Of a DNA stretch of 64,000 nt, positions 62,720 to 64,000 are shown piece by piece. The stretch spans positions 3,311 through 67,310 of the forward strand of contig CAVPEZ010000029.1 of the NCBI GenBank assembly GCA_963703635.1, in the 5' to 3' direction. The first letter of the stretch is position 1. Each line of letters starts with the position of its first letter. The position numbers were made by a program, and so were the translations under genes. The stretch comes from an uncultured Acidobacteriaceae bacterium. Its GTDB lineage: Bacteria > Acidobacteriota > Terriglobia > Terriglobales > Acidobacteriaceae. Below the pieces are notes generated by a model. The model saw only the letters and a list, made by a program, of their open reading frames with translations. It made no database searches and was not told the origin of the DNA.

Positions 62720-63187
62720 ATGGATGTTCGTGTAAAGGTTGCAGGAATCCGGCGATTTCCAGGTCCGCAAGAACGGTTGCGCGCGATGGCCGCGAAGGCC
62801 CCAAAGGCCGAGGCTCTGGCCGCGTCGTGGGCGGAGAGTGTGCGTCCGCTGGCGATGCGGGTCTATGCCTTGCGGCGACGGATCGCGACGATCACGGTCA
62901 CGGTGCTTGCTTGCCTGCTCTTTGTGCATGTGATGTTCGGCGCGAATGGGATGATTGTTTATAAGCAGAAGCGGATGGAGTATGAGTCGCTGCAAAGGCG
63001 AATCATTCAGGAACAGAAGGAAAACGAACTCTACGCGCAGAAGATTCGGGGATTGAAGACGGACGAAAAATCGATCGAGAAAGAAGCTCGTGAGCAGTTG
63101 CGCTATTTGCGCCCCGGGGAATATGTGTACGTCCCGGCAGTTGCGGCGAATCCTGCGCCCCCGGCTAATCACTCCGCGAAAAAGTGA
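62720..63187 (+). CDS. ftsB: septum formation initiator (FtsB/DivIC family)
   Basis: A single TM helix (ITVTVLACLLFVHVMFG), then a coiled coil ...YKQKRMEYESLQRRIIQEQKENELYAQKIRGLKTDEKSIEKEAREQLRYLRPGE. GAGGGA RBS before the ATG at 62720. The N-terminal length is uncertain. Confidence 0.7.
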   Translation: MDVRVKVAGIRRFPGPQERLRAMAAKAPKAEALAASWAESVRPLAMRVYALRRRIATITVTVLACLLFVHVMFGANGMIVYKQKRMEYESLQRRIIQEQKENELYAQKIRGLKTDEKSIEKEAREQLRYLRPGEYVYVPAVAANPAPPANHSAKK

Positions 63188-63358
63188 GCGTCGAGCTGCG
63201 GCTGGTCTCCTTGAGCCGTTTGCAGGGATTATTCTGCCACGGATGACAATCGAAGGGTTCCTCTGTGGTATAGTTCGGCACGCTGATCGCCGATCAATGG
63301 CGTTGAGTTGCTGCCGCCCGAGCCGCGATCGGGATTATCAAAAGGAGAAAAATCGGCC

Positions 63359-63688
63359 ATGAGAAAAGTGCTAGTACTTTGTCTTGCGATCTGTTTTGTG
63401 TTTGCCCTGTCGGCTTTAGCGTTTGACGACATGGGGAAGAGCACGACTGTCAATGGGTGGGTGACCGACGCGAAATGCGGCGTGAAGGGCGCCAACGCCT
63501 CTGGCGAGGCGTGCACGAAGAAATGCGTGGCCGCGGGCGAGAAGATGGTGATCGTAACCGACGGCGACCAGAAAGTTCTGGCCGTGGATAACCAGGATGC
63601 GCTGAAGGGCCATGAGGGACACCATGTGAGCGTGACTGGAACACAGAATGGCGATTCCGTTCATGTGAACGGCGTGAAGATGCTCTGA
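63359..63688 (+). CDS. small secreted hypothetical protein (109 aa)
   Basis: AAAGGAG RBS. Signal peptide MRKVLVLCLAICFVFALSALA. The mature part has Cys pairs and a GHEGHH motif. Followed by a strong terminator. Confidence 0.6.
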   Translation: MRKVLVLCLAICFVFALSALAFDDMGKSTTVNGWVTDAKCGVKGANASGEACTKKCVAAGEKMVIVTDGDQKVLAVDNQDALKGHEGHHVSVTGTQNGDSVHVNGVKML

Positions 63689-63707
63689 GGAAGATCTCAT
63701 TGCAATG

Positions 63708-63733
63708 GGGCGGCTGCGGCCGCCCTTTTTTAT
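63708..63733 (+). terminator. rho-independent terminator
   Basis: GGGCGGC-TGCG-GCCGCCC hairpin followed by TTTTTTAT. Confidence 0.8.
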
Positions 63734-63773
63734 TCCAGCGTTTCCTTGCAGTCGAGGACGGCGGCGAGGACGC

Positions 63774-63801
63774 CCCTTCGACAAGCTCAGGGCAGGCTGC
63801 C
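63774..63801 (+). repeat. REP-like intergenic element, family 1, copy C
   Basis: CCCTTCGACAAGCTCAGGGCAGGCTGCC, in the convergent spacer before the thiG stop. Confidence 0.6.
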
Positions 63802-63805
63802 TGCG

Positions 63806-64000
63806 CTACCTAACTACGCCTTCCAGCGGGGAACTCGCTGTGGCGTACAGCTTCTTCGGCATGCGGCCTGACAGGTAGGCTTGGCGGCCAGCCAGTACCG
63901 CGTGATGCATCGCTTCAGCCATCAGCACGGGATCTTGCGCGTTGGCGATGCCCGTATTCATAAGGACTGCGTCAGCGCCCAGTTCCATGGCGATCGCGGC
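63806..64000 (-). CDS. thiG: thiazole synthase ThiG, C-terminal part (gene continues beyond the window)
   Basis: ...[53 protein letters not shown]... matches the conserved ThiG C-terminus. The frame stays open to the window edge. Confidence 0.9.
   Translation of the reverse strand, partial: AAIAMELGADAVLMNTGIANAQDPVLMAEAMHHAVLAGRQAYLSGRMPKKLYATASSPLEGVVR

Overview
High-GC chromosomal segment whose gene content looks like Acidobacteriota (Terriglobia-like); that placement is inference from typical families, namely a CarboxypepD_reg-type TonB-dependent receptor, a Ser/Thr kinase with a TolB-like propeller, and a MoxR/DUF58/DUF4129/DUF4350/RDD cluster. I count about 50 protein-coding genes and one tRNA-Gly(CCC). 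I see no rRNA, no CRISPR array and no intact mobile element. Blocks, left to right: (1) frameshifted M15 peptidase, secreted amidohydrolase, cold-shock protein, HugZ-like protein. (2) tRNA-Gly followed by a decayed integrative element: integrase stump, GH15 hydrolase, and a degenerate copy of the tRNA 3' end. (3) MFS sugar porter, LysR regulator, a gltB locus broken by at least two frameshifts and carrying an in-frame 15-bp tandem repeat, then ilvA. (4) RDD / SpoIIM-like / MoxR / DUF58 / DUF4350 / DUF4129 membrane module, interrupted by a lower-GC alpha/beta hydrolase gene. (5) gdhA and a receiver-domain protein with a PEP/pyruvate-binding (PPDK_N) output. (6) A metal operon: RcnR-type repressor, atypical P1B-ATPase, thioredoxin-like ferredoxin, small His/Cys protein, TonB-dependent receptor. 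An IS256 transposase stump sits next to its operator. (7) Ser/Thr kinase, an SDR epimerase, and a MurNAc/GlcNAc-recycling pair in which the AmgK-like kinase is fused to a RapZ C-terminal domain. (8) AlaX, Dps, Rieske oxygenase, a sigma54 two-component pair, and an SPFH protein. (9) Frameshifted DUF2252, unknown proteins, and a porin-like gene with a PBP-like/TonB_C fusion. (10) A transsulfuration pair, cutA, ftsB and partial thiG. I found no recognisable defence, toxin-antitoxin or secretion system. The most unusual items are the metal operon with its non-canonical ATPase, the AmgK-RapZ(CTD) fusion, the tRNA-Gly island scar, the multiply disrupted gltB, and at least three families of short intergenic repeats. 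All calls come from reading the ORF translations and the DNA by eye. No database search was run.
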